A stretch of DNA of 61,480 bases. It comes from Patescibacteria group bacterium. GTDB lineage: Bacteria; Patescibacteriota; Minisyncoccia; Phycocordibacterales; Phycocordibacteraceae. The notes beneath the pieces are model-generated. The model searched no databases and was not told where the DNA came from. It was given only the letters and a program-made list of their open reading frames with translations. This document shows, piece by piece, positions 28,318-38,703 of this stretch. How positions within the stretch are numbered: position 1 is the stretch's first letter; every line of letters starts with the position of its first letter. The position numbers and the translations under genes are program-made. Location: positions 1 through 61,480 of the forward strand of contig JBBTWN010000009.1 in the NCBI GenBank assembly GCA_038062735.1, given 5' to 3'.

Positions 28318-30088
28318 TATTAACGGCATCACCAAGAATAGCCCCGATGTCGTTACTCGCATGAATGAGGCGACGAAACACAGGGGACCAGACGACACTC
28401 GTGTGCAGGCTTTCGGCGCGGTAACGCTTGGCTTTAATCGACTCGCGATCATTGATGTGTCAGAGCGAGGGATGCAGCCGATGACGAGTAACGATGGCCG
28501 CTACACCATTGTGTTTAACGGCGAGATATATAACTACCGAGAACTCAAGAAGGAATTTTCTAACTACCCGTATACCAGTGAGAGTGATACTGAAGTTATT
28601 CTTGCTCTCTATGCGGCGCTGGGGTCAAAGGCATTTTCTAAACTAAACGGAATGTTCGCACTCGCCATTTTCGACAAAGAAAAAAATGAGCTCGTACTCG
28701 CACGTGACTCCGTAGGTGTAAAGCCTCTCTATTACACGCATGCTAGAGGTGTACTTACATTTTCTTCAGAGATAAAAGGTATTTTGGCGTCCGGTGTAGG
28801 ACCAAAACTCAACCACGCAGCTCTCTCAGACTATCTGCGATTTTTGTATGTGCCGACGCCAAGCACCATGTTCGAGGACATCCTGGCGCTTTTGCCGGGG
28901 ACAATGCTCACGTACCGATCAGGTGAGATACGTCTGGAGACCTATACGGAATGGCCAGATACAATGCCGCCGGTCTCATACGCAGACGCACGAGAGCGGG
29001 TACGCGCTACGGTGCGTGCTGCCATTCAGCGGCAGATGGTATCGGACAGGCCACTTGGTGTCTATCTTTCTGGGGGCGTTGATTCTTCCATCGTACTGTC
29101 AGTGGCGGCTCGTGAACAAAAAAACATAAACACATACTCAGTCGCCTTTGATTTATCAGATGAAGAAGAGGCGGACAAGTTCAACGCTGATGCAGTGCTC
29201 GCAAAAAAAACGGCTGCGTATTTTGGTGCTTCGCACCATGAGTATCGGCTTTCGTCGGACACCGCGCTCGAACTTATTGAAGACGCGGTCTATCACCTCG
29301 ATCAACCACTCGCGAACGCGACGTCAATCGCACAGCTTTTTCTTGCGCGCCACGTAAAGCCGACCGCTACGGTCGTTTTAACAGGCGAGGGCGGCGATGA
29401 ACTTTTTGGCGGGTATGAGCGCTATAGGCTCGCACTCATTGCAGGGCGCTACGGGAAATATCTACCTACATTTGTAGAAAAACTCCATCCGCGACTTCGA
29501 TCACTGCATCTTTCGGGGAACGAGCGTTACGTGCAACTCATGACACAAAAAAGGAAAAATGTTGAACGCGTGTTTCGTGGGGCGCTCGCGCAACACAATT
29601 TCTCGAGCGAGTTTTCATCAGACACGATCGCCGTCGATCTCATGCGTGCCGATGAGCGACATTGGCTCGTCGACGAAGCATTAATGCGTGCTGACACGAT
29701 GAGTATGGCTGCGAGCGTTGAGGCACGTGTGCCGCTTCTTGATCTTGAGGTTCGCTCTCTTGCGCATGCGCTGCCCGAGTCATACAAAGTAACGCCATGG
29801 GCCACAAAACGAATTTTGAAAGACGCGTTTTCAGATGTGCTTCCACAATACGTTTTGCATCAGCCAAAACGCGGATTTTTTTCTCCGACCGCCAAGTGGC
29901 TCAGGCACCCAAAGATGGGACAGTTTGTCGAGGGGGCGATAAACACACTACCCGATGAGCTTTTTAATAAGGTCGAGATTCGACGCATGATTCAAGATCA
30001 TCAGGACCGTCGCGTCTATCAAGCACCGTTTATCTTAGCGCTCGTGCTCGCTGGCGCATGGATGAGACGCTATACTGTTTCGGTATGA
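28310..30088 (+). CDS. asparagine synthase-type glutamine amidotransferase (AsnB/WbpS-like)
   Basis: N-terminal MC nucleophile (MCSINGI) and PP-loop SGGVDSS. 592 aa. Confidence 0.88.
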   Translation: MCSINGITKNSPDVVTRMNEATKHRGPDDTRVQAFGAVTLGFNRLAIIDVSERGMQPMTSNDGRYTIVFNGEIYNYRELKKEFSNYPYTSESDTEVILALYAALGSKAFSKLNGMFALAIFDKEKNELVLARDSVGVKPLYYTHARGVLTFSSEIKGILASGVGPKLNHAALSDYLRFLYVPTPSTMFEDILALLPGTMLTYRSGEIRLETYTEWPDTMPPVSYADARERVRATVRAAIQRQMVSDRPLGVYLSGGVDSSIVLSVAAREQKNINTYSVAFDLSDEEEADKFNADAVLAKKTAAYFGASHHEYRLSSDTALELIEDAVYHLDQPLANATSIAQLFLARHVKPTATVVLTGEGGDELFGGYERYRLALIAGRYGKYLPTFVEKLHPRLRSLHLSGNERYVQLMTQKRKNVERVFRGALAQHNFSSEFSSDTIAVDLMRADERHWLVDEALMRADTMSMAASVEARVPLLDLEVRSLAHALPESYKVTPWATKRILKDAFSDVLPQYVLHQPKRGFFSPTAKWLRHPKMGQFVEGAINTLPDELFNKVEIRRMIQDHQDRRVYQAPFILALVLAGAWMRRYTVSV

Positions 30089-30978
30089 CGAGCCATAAGT
30101 TTGGCACAACCGCCGCAGTCGAGGATTGGTGGAACTCGAATCCCTTCGCATTTGGGGTTTCAAATACTGACGGCGACCAGGTAGGAACCGTCGCTCTCGC
30201 GCAGATGGACAAGGTGTATTTTAGCGAGGTTGAGCGGCGGTTCAGAAAACATCATAATGGTGCAGCGCAGGACGAGGGGCTGCCCTTGTTTTCGAAAGTC
30301 ATAGACCGAACATGGCTCAAAGACAAGGATGTTCTTGATATTGCAGTCGGCTCTGGCTTTAGTGCCGTGTCGTTTGCCGAGGCGGGTGCACGAGTCACAG
30401 GGATCGATCTCACCGATTTTGGTGTTGCGCATGCACAGAAAAACTTTGAAGTGCGGGGACTTTCTGGCACGGTGCTTAAAATGGATGCACAAAAAATGAC
30501 CTTTTCAGATAATTCTTTTGACTTTGTTAATGCCTGGGGGTGCCTCATGCACATGCCAGACACTGAGGGTGCGATCAAAGAAATGTATCGCGTCTTGCGA
30601 CCTCATGGCCGCGTGCTCGCGTATATGTATAACAAAAGATCATGGCCGTACTGGTTTAACATCATTTTGGTCCGCGGTATTTTGATGCTCGGACTTGTGC
30701 GATTTGGTGGAGACACCGTTCGTCTCACCAGTCGATACTCAGACGGCTATACGCGCGGAGGTAATATGCTGACAAAGTTTTATAATCCGCGTGAGGTGCA
30801 AATGATGTTCGAGGCGGCTGGTTTTGTAAACGTGGTTTCAAAACCGTGGGAAATACCACACGAACCCAACCACTGGCCCATGCGCTCAGTTCCTTTTTTC
30901 AAATACCTCCCGGTATTTATCAAACGTCAGCTCACACGATTTGGCTACGGGCTTATCATTACCGCAGAAAAAAAGTAA
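30085..30978 (+). CDS. class I SAM-dependent methyltransferase
   Basis: VLDIAVGSGFSAVSFAEAGARVTGIDL motif I. ATGA overlap with the asnB-like gene. Confidence 0.8.
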   Translation: MTSHKFGTTAAVEDWWNSNPFAFGVSNTDGDQVGTVALAQMDKVYFSEVERRFRKHHNGAAQDEGLPLFSKVIDRTWLKDKDVLDIAVGSGFSAVSFAEAGARVTGIDLTDFGVAHAQKNFEVRGLSGTVLKMDAQKMTFSDNSFDFVNAWGCLMHMPDTEGAIKEMYRVLRPHGRVLAYMYNKRSWPYWFNIILVRGILMLGLVRFGGDTVRLTSRYSDGYTRGGNMLTKFYNPREVQMMFEAAGFVNVVSKPWEIPHEPNHWPMRSVPFFKYLPVFIKRQLTRFGYGLIITAEKK

Positions 30979-30980
30979 AT

Positions 30981-31631
30981 ATGGCGAGCTGGTATCCAAT
31001 GATGTGGGATCACGAGGTGCGAGCAATAGAACGCATACTGCTTGCGTGCCCCAGTGGCATAATAGAGGTTTTAGAGTGGGGGTCTGGAGGTTCGACAGTG
31101 TACTTTACACAATTTTTGAAGCAGCACGGGAGACGTTATCGATGGACATCACTAGAGTACAACAAGGCGTGGTACGAAAAAATTCGCGACGCCGTGGCAC
31201 AAGACCCCAATGTTGAGATAGTCTATTTTGATGTTGGAAACAATTGGGTGAGGCAACAAAAAACCAATATGGATGCGTATGTAGACTTTCCTAAAACGCG
31301 CTCGGCACGTTACGATATTACACTCGCTGACGGTCGTAAGCGTCGCCGCTGTATGCTCATCGCAAAAGAATGTCTTAAACCAAGCGGCGTTGCACTTTTA
31401 CACGATGCCGAACGGCACTACTATCAGTGCAGTTGGAGCGCATATCCTTCAGGGAGGCTTGTTACCATGCGTTTGTGGGCTGGAAGCCTTACACCCGCGT
31501 CGAATCTATTCAAGTATTTTGCAAAATTACAAAATGGTTTTAAACTCATTGCATTGCGCATTGTGTATGCACTCATTCGGTTCTATGAGTCCATCCCCGC
31601 ATTACGTCGTATTAAACGCACCATCGTATGA
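30981..31631 (+). CDS. putative SAM-dependent methyltransferase-fold protein
   Basis: VLEWGSGGSTVYF and ADGRKRRRC segments look methyltransferase-like. The call is weak. Confidence 0.5.
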   Translation: MASWYPMMWDHEVRAIERILLACPSGIIEVLEWGSGGSTVYFTQFLKQHGRRYRWTSLEYNKAWYEKIRDAVAQDPNVEIVYFDVGNNWVRQQKTNMDAYVDFPKTRSARYDITLADGRKRRRCMLIAKECLKPSGVALLHDAERHYYQCSWSAYPSGRLVTMRLWAGSLTPASNLFKYFAKLQNGFKLIALRIVYALIRFYESIPALRRIKRTIV

Positions 31632-32242
31632 CCGAGTGGGAAAAATTTTATCGTGACTCAATTATCGGCATACTGCAGCCGGGTGCGTATGTTATTGATA
31701 TTGGCGGGAGCCTCCGCGCAACGCCTGGCCGAGGAAACCGCTATGACCCAAATCACGCATATCTGACGCCGTACGTTGAAAAAGCAAACTATAAAATACT
31801 CGACCCTGTGGCTGATTATGCTCCCGACATAGTTGGAGACATTCATAATCTATCACTACCGGACAATTCTGTTGATGCGATTTTGTGCATTGCTGTTCTT
31901 GAACATATTGAAGACCCACGTCGCGCCATGCGTGAGATGCTCCGAGTTATAAAACCCGGCGGAAAGGTATTTCTCTATGTGCCGTTCTTGTTCTATTATC
32001 ACGCCGAAATGGGGTACTACAAGGATTTTTGGCGCTATACCAAAGATTCCCTCCCGCTTTTAGCAGAAGGGTATGGCTCGGCTGTATGGCAGTCGGTGCG
32101 TGGCGCGACAGAGACGTGGATGCACCTGTCGCCACTGGGTAGAATTGGGGCATTTCGACTTCTCGCTCGCCTTGTTGACCGTATCACAGGAAAGACGAAC
32201 AGTAACCAAGTAAGCGGCTACTATGGACTTCTTATAAAATAA
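31628..32242 (+). CDS. class I SAM-dependent methyltransferase (Methyltransf_11-like)
   Basis: VIDIGGS...VDAILCIAVLEHIEDPRRAMREMLRVIKPGGKVFL. Confidence 0.8.
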   Translation: MTEWEKFYRDSIIGILQPGAYVIDIGGSLRATPGRGNRYDPNHAYLTPYVEKANYKILDPVADYAPDIVGDIHNLSLPDNSVDAILCIAVLEHIEDPRRAMREMLRVIKPGGKVFLYVPFLFYYHAEMGYYKDFWRYTKDSLPLLAEGYGSAVWQSVRGATETWMHLSPLGRIGAFRLLARLVDRITGKTNSNQVSGYYGLLIK

Positions 32243-32243
32243 T

Positions 32244-33284
32244 GTGACTAAAAAAATCCTGTACGTAGCGTTTGTCCGCATGCCGACTGAGAAGGCGCAC
32301 GGGCTCCAGATTGTTAAAACGTGTGAGGCGTTTGGTTGCGCGGGATTCGAGGTCACGCTTGTCGTGCCAAATCGAGTGACACCAATCAGTGCCGATGCGT
32401 TTTCATACTACGGGGCAACGCACACGTTTAAAATCGAGCGCGAAAGTGTGCTCGACGTTGTGCGCTTTGGGTATCTCGGATTCTTGCTTTCTTTGGTGTG
32501 GTTTTCTGAGCGGGTGAGAATGCGTCGGGACTTTTGGGATTCAATAATTTATTCGCGGGACGCATTGGTGTTATGGCAATATATTTTGCTTGGCAGAACG
32601 ACTGTGTATGAAGCGCACCGTGCACCGACATTTATCGATCGCATGGTTTCTCGCCGCGCCACCCGTGTGGTGGTGATTACTGAGTCGTTGCGCGCGGCGT
32701 TTATGCGCGCCGGGGTCCCCCCGGCGCGCATCCTTGTTGCACACGATGCTGTTGATGTGTCGCCAGAAAAAATGGAGAGGGCAGAACTTGGATTGCCTGA
32801 GGGCCCACTTGTGGTGTATGCCGGCTCTCGTGGAGCTGGTAAGGGTGTCGAGGTACTAGAACAAGCTATGCCAAAACTTACGGAGTCGGGGATCTCTGTG
32901 TTCCTCGTAGCGGGTAAGACGCCACGCGAGGCACGTCAGATGCTTGCAGCCGCAGACGTTGTCGTGGTGCCAAATAGCGCAAAGAACGAACAGTACGGTG
33001 TACACTCGAGCCCAATGAAGCTCTTTGAGGCGCTCGCGTCGGGCGCTCGCGTGGTCGCATCAGACGCACCTGCAATTACTGAGATTGCAAGCGAAAAGGA
33101 GGCGTGGTTGTTTGCGTCTGATGATGTGGAAGATCTAATTCGCAAAGTGAAGGAATCACTCGCAGACCCGCGTGCCCTGGAGAAAGTGGCTGCAGCACAG
33201 GCACTCGCGCAGCGATACTCGTGGGATGCGCGAGCTCGCACCATTCTCCACGCGCTAGAGCGTGTTAATTCTAAAGTTCTGTAG
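32244..33284 (+). CDS. glycosyltransferase, GT4 type (GTG start)
   Basis: KILYVAFVRMPTEKAHGLQIVKTCEAF N-terminus and a GT-B C-terminal half. Confidence 0.8.
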   Translation: MTKKILYVAFVRMPTEKAHGLQIVKTCEAFGCAGFEVTLVVPNRVTPISADAFSYYGATHTFKIERESVLDVVRFGYLGFLLSLVWFSERVRMRRDFWDSIIYSRDALVLWQYILLGRTTVYEAHRAPTFIDRMVSRRATRVVVITESLRAAFMRAGVPPARILVAHDAVDVSPEKMERAELGLPEGPLVVYAGSRGAGKGVEVLEQAMPKLTESGISVFLVAGKTPREARQMLAAADVVVVPNSAKNEQYGVHSSPMKLFEALASGARVVASDAPAITEIASEKEAWLFASDDVEDLIRKVKESLADPRALEKVAAAQALAQRYSWDARARTILHALERVNSKVL

Positions 33285-33303
33285 AACTATAGAACTTAAA
33301 AAT

Positions 33304-33954
33304 ATGATAAAAAAAATCACACGTGCTGCACTCGAGAAATTCTTGAAATCTGAAGCGTCAGAAGGATATATGCTCGATATCGGGTCAGGCGGCTCGATGT
33401 ACGGCTATGATCGGTTTTTTCCGCACCGCATTACTGTCGACATTGATCCCGCGCGAAATCCTGAAATAGTCGGCGATATCCACGCACTGCCGTTTGGAGA
33501 CAACACATTCGACCGTGTGCTCTGCGTCGAGGTTTTAGAGCACGTTAAGGATCCACGTCGGGCGTTTAAAGAAATGAAGCGGGTGTTAAAACCTGGAGGG
33601 AAAATCGTGCTCTCGACGCGCTTTCTTTTTCCAATACACGACGCACCCAACGATTATTGGCGATTTACACATTTTGCACTCCAGATGCTCGCCGATGAGA
33701 CGGGGCTCAGCGTACTCCGTCTTGAGCCAGACACGCGAGCACTGTCAGGTTTGGGTGCGGTGATGCAGCGCATTGCATTTCAATCGCGATTTAAATACGC
33801 TGATAAACTCATTAAAATTTTATTGTTTGTGTTCGCCTGGGTCGTTGACCGATGCGCGGGTTTAACGAAAGAAGAGTTTGGCGACATTAAAAAAGAGAGC
33901 CGCGTGACTGCGCTTGCTCCAGCCGGGTACTTCTTGGTGGCGAAAAAGAATTAG
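33304..33954 (+). CDS. class I SAM-dependent methyltransferase (Methyltransf_11-like)
   Basis: MLDIGSGGS...FDRVLCVEVLEHVKDPRRAFKEMKRVLKPGGKIVL. Confidence 0.8.
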   Translation: MIKKITRAALEKFLKSEASEGYMLDIGSGGSMYGYDRFFPHRITVDIDPARNPEIVGDIHALPFGDNTFDRVLCVEVLEHVKDPRRAFKEMKRVLKPGGKIVLSTRFLFPIHDAPNDYWRFTHFALQMLADETGLSVLRLEPDTRALSGLGAVMQRIAFQSRFKYADKLIKILLFVFAWVVDRCAGLTKEEFGDIKKESRVTALAPAGYFLVAKKN

Positions 33955-34586
33955 CGTTTTATCAAAATAAACTGGTCGTTTTTGACTTCAAGAGCCACAT
34001 GATGCAGTTCGCAGTGTTCCGCGACCGCGCGTGCTATGTCGGAGATGCGATAATCGTCACCGGCAAGTATACCACCAGTAGTGACGAGCGGCCAATAATT
34101 GGCGATATCGCTAGATACTTGTGCGTATGAGTGATCACCGTCAATGTAGATGAGATCAAATGCTCTCGTAGCGAGCACGACCGCGGCGTTGTCTGATGTA
34201 TCTCGAATAATTTCAACGCTACCACCCGTGATGCCTCGCGCGAGGCGTGTTCTGGCGGCCTCGTAGCGCGCCTCTTGGTGTGCCTGATCATATTTTTGTT
34301 TGCTGTTCGGTATTTCAGCCCATGGGTCGATAAGAACTAGACTTGAAGGTCGAACGATGTCAAGAATTCTTTGTGAAAATATTCCTTCATAGACGCCAAC
34401 CTCACACACCTTAGAGCCGAGACGTACGCGTCGAAGTAAAAAATCTCGAGGTTGCGGTAGTAGACTGTCAATCCAGCGGTATACGCCACGTACTATTGGT
34501 TTTACGAGGCGGCCAATTGGGTTTGTATTAGCAAAGATTCTCAAGTTTTCGCGCCACTGGTAGTCATTTCTGTAGAGTCGCGCCAT
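33951..34586 (-). CDS. class I SAM-dependent methyltransferase (Methyltransf_24-like)
   Basis: KVCEVGVYEG...DLIYIDGDHSYAQV. TACAAT lies 6 nt upstream of the ATG. Confidence 0.75.
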   Translation of the reverse strand: MARLYRNDYQWRENLRIFANTNPIGRLVKPIVRGVYRWIDSLLPQPRDFLLRRVRLGSKVCEVGVYEGIFSQRILDIVRPSSLVLIDPWAEIPNSKQKYDQAHQEARYEAARTRLARGITGGSVEIIRDTSDNAAVVLATRAFDLIYIDGDHSYAQVSSDIANYWPLVTTGGILAGDDYRISDIARAVAEHCELHHVALEVKNDQFILIKR

Positions 34587-34657
34587 TACGACATTGTACC
34601 GCAGGACGTGTGATTATGGTATCTTTATTGCTTAGGGAGAAGTAGTATAAAGGTCGC

Positions 34658-35581
34658 ATGGAAAAGGAGCAGGTTGTTATCGTTGGGTATGGCTGGGTAG
34701 GTCAAGCGAACGCGCTGGCCCTCACACAGATGGGTTATCAGGTGGCATATATTGACCCCGCAGAACCCCCGCACCACTACAAGGCGCACGAACGTCTCTA
34801 TACAAAGATTGTACGAGTCGACAGCATCGCATCAGTGGACTCTCCAGATACGGTTTTTGTTGTATGCATCGGCGATAAAGTCTCTGCAGATGGAGTTCAA
34901 GATATTTCTCTCATTGCATCGGCTCTCTCGGACCTTACGCACATTAAAGGCACGGTCATTCTCCGCTCGACGATACTTCCCGGAAAGTTGAAGGATTTAC
35001 ATTTTGATTACTACTTTCCCGAGTATCTGCACGAAAAGGTGGCCGTTGAAGAATGCATCAACCCGTACATTTTTGTTATTGGCATGCGCGAAAGGCCGCG
35101 TCCGATTTCGTTTCTTAAAGAATTTGAGCTGCGTGCGGTCAAAGCATTCTTTGGAACTCCAGAAGAAGCTGCATTTTTAAAGTATCTCTGGAATATCTGG
35201 AATGCCATTCGCATTGCATTCGTTAATGAATTTGGCAACACCATCGCACTCCCATCAAATAAGGATAATCTCGCGTCAATAGAGCGCATCATTGATTTCA
35301 TGTTTGAGCGCGGTATTTATCGTCGGTACGGTCGTGCATTCGATGGACACTGTCTGCCCAAGGATATGCGTGCGTTCGTGCGTTGGTATCAAGATCAGGG
35401 CTGTGATATGTCCATGCTCGCCGGCGTTAATGCTTCAAATGCTACTCACAAAGAAATAGAAAAAAAGTATCCTATACTTCCTGAGTGGTATTCACAGTAT
35501 CCCGAACGTCATATTTCTGCGAAAATCGCTCTCAAAGCCCTCTGGCATACACTTCTCAAATACATAACGCTTTCGTATTAA
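34658..35581 (+). CDS. short UDP-glucose/GDP-mannose dehydrogenase family protein (307 aa)
   Basis: VVIVGYGWVGQANA NAD motif and FDGHCLPKD catalytic-Cys motif. It lacks a long C-terminal domain. Confidence 0.65.
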   Translation: MEKEQVVIVGYGWVGQANALALTQMGYQVAYIDPAEPPHHYKAHERLYTKIVRVDSIASVDSPDTVFVVCIGDKVSADGVQDISLIASALSDLTHIKGTVILRSTILPGKLKDLHFDYYFPEYLHEKVAVEECINPYIFVIGMRERPRPISFLKEFELRAVKAFFGTPEEAAFLKYLWNIWNAIRIAFVNEFGNTIALPSNKDNLASIERIIDFMFERGIYRRYGRAFDGHCLPKDMRAFVRWYQDQGCDMSMLAGVNASNATHKEIEKKYPILPEWYSQYPERHISAKIALKALWHTLLKYITLSY

Positions 35582-35582
35582 C

Positions 35583-36575
35583 ATGCATACCATTCACATT
35601 ACGGGCGGGTGCGGGTATGTGGGGTCGAGAACAGCAGTAGCGCTTGCCAAGAAAGGGTATAAAACAGTGATCATTGATAAAGCGACTCCAGAGGAGCGTC
35701 ATGCGGTACTGCCCCCCGACAGCGAATATAGAAAGGCTAATTTGACTGACCCCGTTCAAGCGCGAAAGGCACTCCACGATGCGCAAATAGTCGTGCATAT
35801 GGCGGCAAACATAGGCTCGATGACGTACATGTATGAACATCAGGGCGAAATTATGTGGGAGAATTCTGCAATTGACGCCGCGGTGTATCCTGTCTATCGC
35901 GACGTTGGTGTCAAAACACTTTTGTATTCGTCGACCTCGATGGCGCACCAACATTCGCCACGGTACCCGTATGTCGAGGCAGATCTAAAAGACACTCCAC
36001 CACCATCAAACGTGTATGGCTTTTCAAAACTTGGTGGCGAGTACTATTGTCGCTCGTTTAAAAAGCAATACAATTGTTTTGATTATGTTATTGTACGCTT
36101 TCACAATATTTGGGGCCCGGGTGAGGACTCTAAAGGTTCAACACCGGGTGATATCCATGTGCTCCCCGCGCTCGCAGAAAAGATACTGCGTGGCCAGTAC
36201 CCGTTAGAGTTTTTGGGGGACCCCGCTGCGACACGTACCTTTACATATATCGATGACACTGTGGACGCAGTGGTGCAGCTTTTAGAGAAGGTGATAGCAA
36301 AGGATACATTGGTGCTCAACAACGACTTTAACATCGCATCACCAGAAATCATGAGCATCCTCGAACTGGGTAAGCGCTTGTGGAGGCAGTTGGGTGACGG
36401 GCGCGAGTTTAAGTACACGGTCAAAGATGCCGCCTCTGTCTCACACACCGCTCGCCGCAGGGAGGCGAACGCAGCAAAGCTCCTCTCTGCCGTTGAATGG
36501 AAACCCAAAATGAGCTTTGAAGAGGGAGTCGAGAAAACGGCCGAGTGGGTGCGCGAGGTTATCGCGCGGTCTTAA
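35583..36575 (+). CDS. NAD-dependent sugar-nucleotide epimerase/dehydratase
   Basis: ITGGCGYVGS Rossmann motif and YGFSK catalytic motif. Confidence 0.85.
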   Translation: MHTIHITGGCGYVGSRTAVALAKKGYKTVIIDKATPEERHAVLPPDSEYRKANLTDPVQARKALHDAQIVVHMAANIGSMTYMYEHQGEIMWENSAIDAAVYPVYRDVGVKTLLYSSTSMAHQHSPRYPYVEADLKDTPPPSNVYGFSKLGGEYYCRSFKKQYNCFDYVIVRFHNIWGPGEDSKGSTPGDIHVLPALAEKILRGQYPLEFLGDPAATRTFTYIDDTVDAVVQLLEKVIAKDTLVLNNDFNIASPEIMSILELGKRLWRQLGDGREFKYTVKDAASVSHTARRREANAAKLLSAVEWKPKMSFEEGVEKTAEWVREVIARS

Positions 36576-37533
36576 ATTTTTCAAAGCTCGCAGGCGTGCG
36601 CCCGAGGATCCAACGAAACCACTGTTCCAGAGGAAAAAAGTTGTTTCGAAGCGTTTCAACTTCACGAAAGTTGATTTCAATGGTGTGACGTTCGCCGGCA
36701 TTTTTCATCACTCCTCGTCGGTGGAAAGCACCGACATCTGCAAGCGCCATCGTGTTTCCTTTTCCGTTCATTGGCTCGGGGTTAATGCGATACTTTTTTT
36801 CTTCTTCGTCAGTTATGCGGACCCAGGGTAGATTGAGGCGGTATTCTCCTTCTGTATCAACGCGATAACGATTGAGTGCATACCGAACAGACAGTACATA
36901 CTCAAACCACAGTCGCCAGAGTGCGTGGTGCGTGTGCGTTCCAAATGCATATCGCATCGCACCGTTCGATTCATTAACGTCGTCTACATAAAAGAACGCC
37001 TTGTACACTCTCGTCGGTACATCCATGTGCAGATTATTAGTCCCGCCGTTTTGAGGGAGTCCAACTTCATTGTCACCAAGATGTACGTTAGTGAGATATA
37101 CGTGGAGAGGGAAATGGTAATCTCGGTTTAAGTACGCACTGCCGATCTCGCGTACCATCGGGGCATTCAGTATGAGTGAGCGAAATTTGTCAGAAACACG
37201 CGGATCATAGATGCTCATCCGATCGACATGCGGTATGCCTATTTCTGTGCCATCTGGCTCAAACGCTGGTTTCAAGCGTTCAAACTCAGATTTGATATAT
37301 GCATAGTCGCTTGGTGAAAAAAAATTAGGTACAAAAACCGCACCCCGGCTTTTGAGCTCTGAAAACTCCTGTGCATATCGTGCGTCAACACGTTTTGGAA
37401 TGCGAAGAGTTCGCCAAAGCCAGAATCCAAAAATGCGTACCACCTGCCATCCGAGCAAATTTAATACCAGTGACCCTCCGTAGGTTCGAGGTTTTGCAAG
37501 AAGCATGCGCCGGGCAGAAGATGCAATACTCAT
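36559..37533 (-). CDS. phytanoyl-CoA dioxygenase (PhyH)-like Fe(II)/2OG oxygenase
   Basis: HMD (LHMDVP) and a downstream GTHTHH. Jelly-roll-like length of 324 aa. Confidence 0.6.
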   Translation of the reverse strand: MSIASSARRMLLAKPRTYGGSLVLNLLGWQVVRIFGFWLWRTLRIPKRVDARYAQEFSELKSRGAVFVPNFFSPSDYAYIKSEFERLKPAFEPDGTEIGIPHVDRMSIYDPRVSDKFRSLILNAPMVREIGSAYLNRDYHFPLHVYLTNVHLGDNEVGLPQNGGTNNLHMDVPTRVYKAFFYVDDVNESNGAMRYAFGTHTHHALWRLWFEYVLSVRYALNRYRVDTEGEYRLNLPWVRITDEEEKKYRINPEPMNGKGNTMALADVGAFHRRGVMKNAGERHTIEINFREVETLRNNFFPLEQWFRWILGRTPASFEKFKTAR

Positions 37534-37563
37534 AGCGTCATTGTATACTACCTCTATATTGCC

Positions 37564-38670
37564 ATGAAGGTTCTCGCCATTGCAGAAACGCTTAAAATTC
37601 AGTCTGGATGGGGTCGGTACGCTCGGTCAGTAATTGATGAGTATAAGAAGAAGGGTATAGACTACACAATAATCACCGCACGAAAAAAAGAAGCAGTTGG
37701 GGATGAGGATGGCATCTTGGGCCCACAAACAAAAGTTGGGTTTATCAAAAACCTTTTTGCGACGCGAGCATACGCTAAAGACTGCGACATTGTGCATGCG
37801 TATGACGTGTGGCCGTATGCGGTCTACGGCTGGTTTGCAGTTTTGGGTACCAAGAAACGTCTCTTTATCACCGGCGTGGGGACCTACTCGGTCGCACCGT
37901 TCAATTCATTTTTGAAAGGACTGCTCGCCGGGTGGGCATGTAGACGTGCTGAAAAAATATTTTCAATCGCCGACTACACTAAACGGCGAATGTTAGAAAA
38001 AATAAAGCTCGACAACATCATCACCGTTTTTTGGGGGACATCTGTTTTGGAGCCTTTGAACGATGCTGACTTTGCTGAGCAGGCTGCATTTTTTGATATA
38101 CCGATTGATCGTCATCCGCGCGTACTCACGGTGGGGCAAATTAAACACCGCAAGGGACAGCTCGATACGCTTAAAGCACTCGCTAAAATAAAAGATCACT
38201 ACCCAGATTTTTTCTACGTTATCGTCGGTTCAGACGAGGATCCTCGTTACATTGCAGAAATTAAGAAGTTTGCGGCGGAGAACGGACTAGAGCGCAACAT
38301 AAAACTGGTGCACAACGCAAAGGGCGACAAGCCGCTTCGCTTTTTCTATGCGATGGCTGATGTGTTCGCCATGAACTCCAACAATGATGGAGACCACTTC
38401 GAAGGATTTGGATTAGTATTCCTTGAAGCAGAGCAGTTTGGAAAGCCGGTTATCGGTTCGTCAGGCTGCGGCATTGAGCAGGCGCTTGAAGATGGGTACA
38501 ACGGCTATCTCACGCGGCAGAGCGACATCAACGATATAGCTGATAAGTTTAAAAAACTCTTCTCCGGCGATATGAAAGCATTTGGAGAACATTCAAAAGA
38601 ATTTTACAAACGCTTCACGTGGGAAAAAACAACCGCCGCCTACATCGAGCACTACAATCAAAAAACTTGA
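37564..38670 (+). CDS. glycosyltransferase, GT4 type
   Basis: FEGFGLVFLEAEQFGKPVIGSSGCGIEQALEDGYNG. Confidence 0.85.
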   Translation: MKVLAIAETLKIQSGWGRYARSVIDEYKKKGIDYTIITARKKEAVGDEDGILGPQTKVGFIKNLFATRAYAKDCDIVHAYDVWPYAVYGWFAVLGTKKRLFITGVGTYSVAPFNSFLKGLLAGWACRRAEKIFSIADYTKRRMLEKIKLDNIITVFWGTSVLEPLNDADFAEQAAFFDIPIDRHPRVLTVGQIKHRKGQLDTLKALAKIKDHYPDFFYVIVGSDEDPRYIAEIKKFAAENGLERNIKLVHNAKGDKPLRFFYAMADVFAMNSNNDGDHFEGFGLVFLEAEQFGKPVIGSSGCGIEQALEDGYNGYLTRQSDINDIADKFKKLFSGDMKAFGEHSKEFYKRFTWEKTTAAYIEHYNQKT

Positions 38671-38703
38671 TTCATTTTGTTTTCTGTATTATAATGCATC
38701 GAC

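Noticed and set aside
28310-30088. AsnB-like genes as possible lasso-peptide cyclases or RiPP enzymes (also 40777-42525).
   Set aside because: Both keep the N-terminal Met-Cys glutamine-amidotransferase nucleophile. They sit among glycosyltransferases, with no precursor peptide, PqqD-like protein or protease partner. A sugar amidotransferase role (WbpS-like) is more likely.
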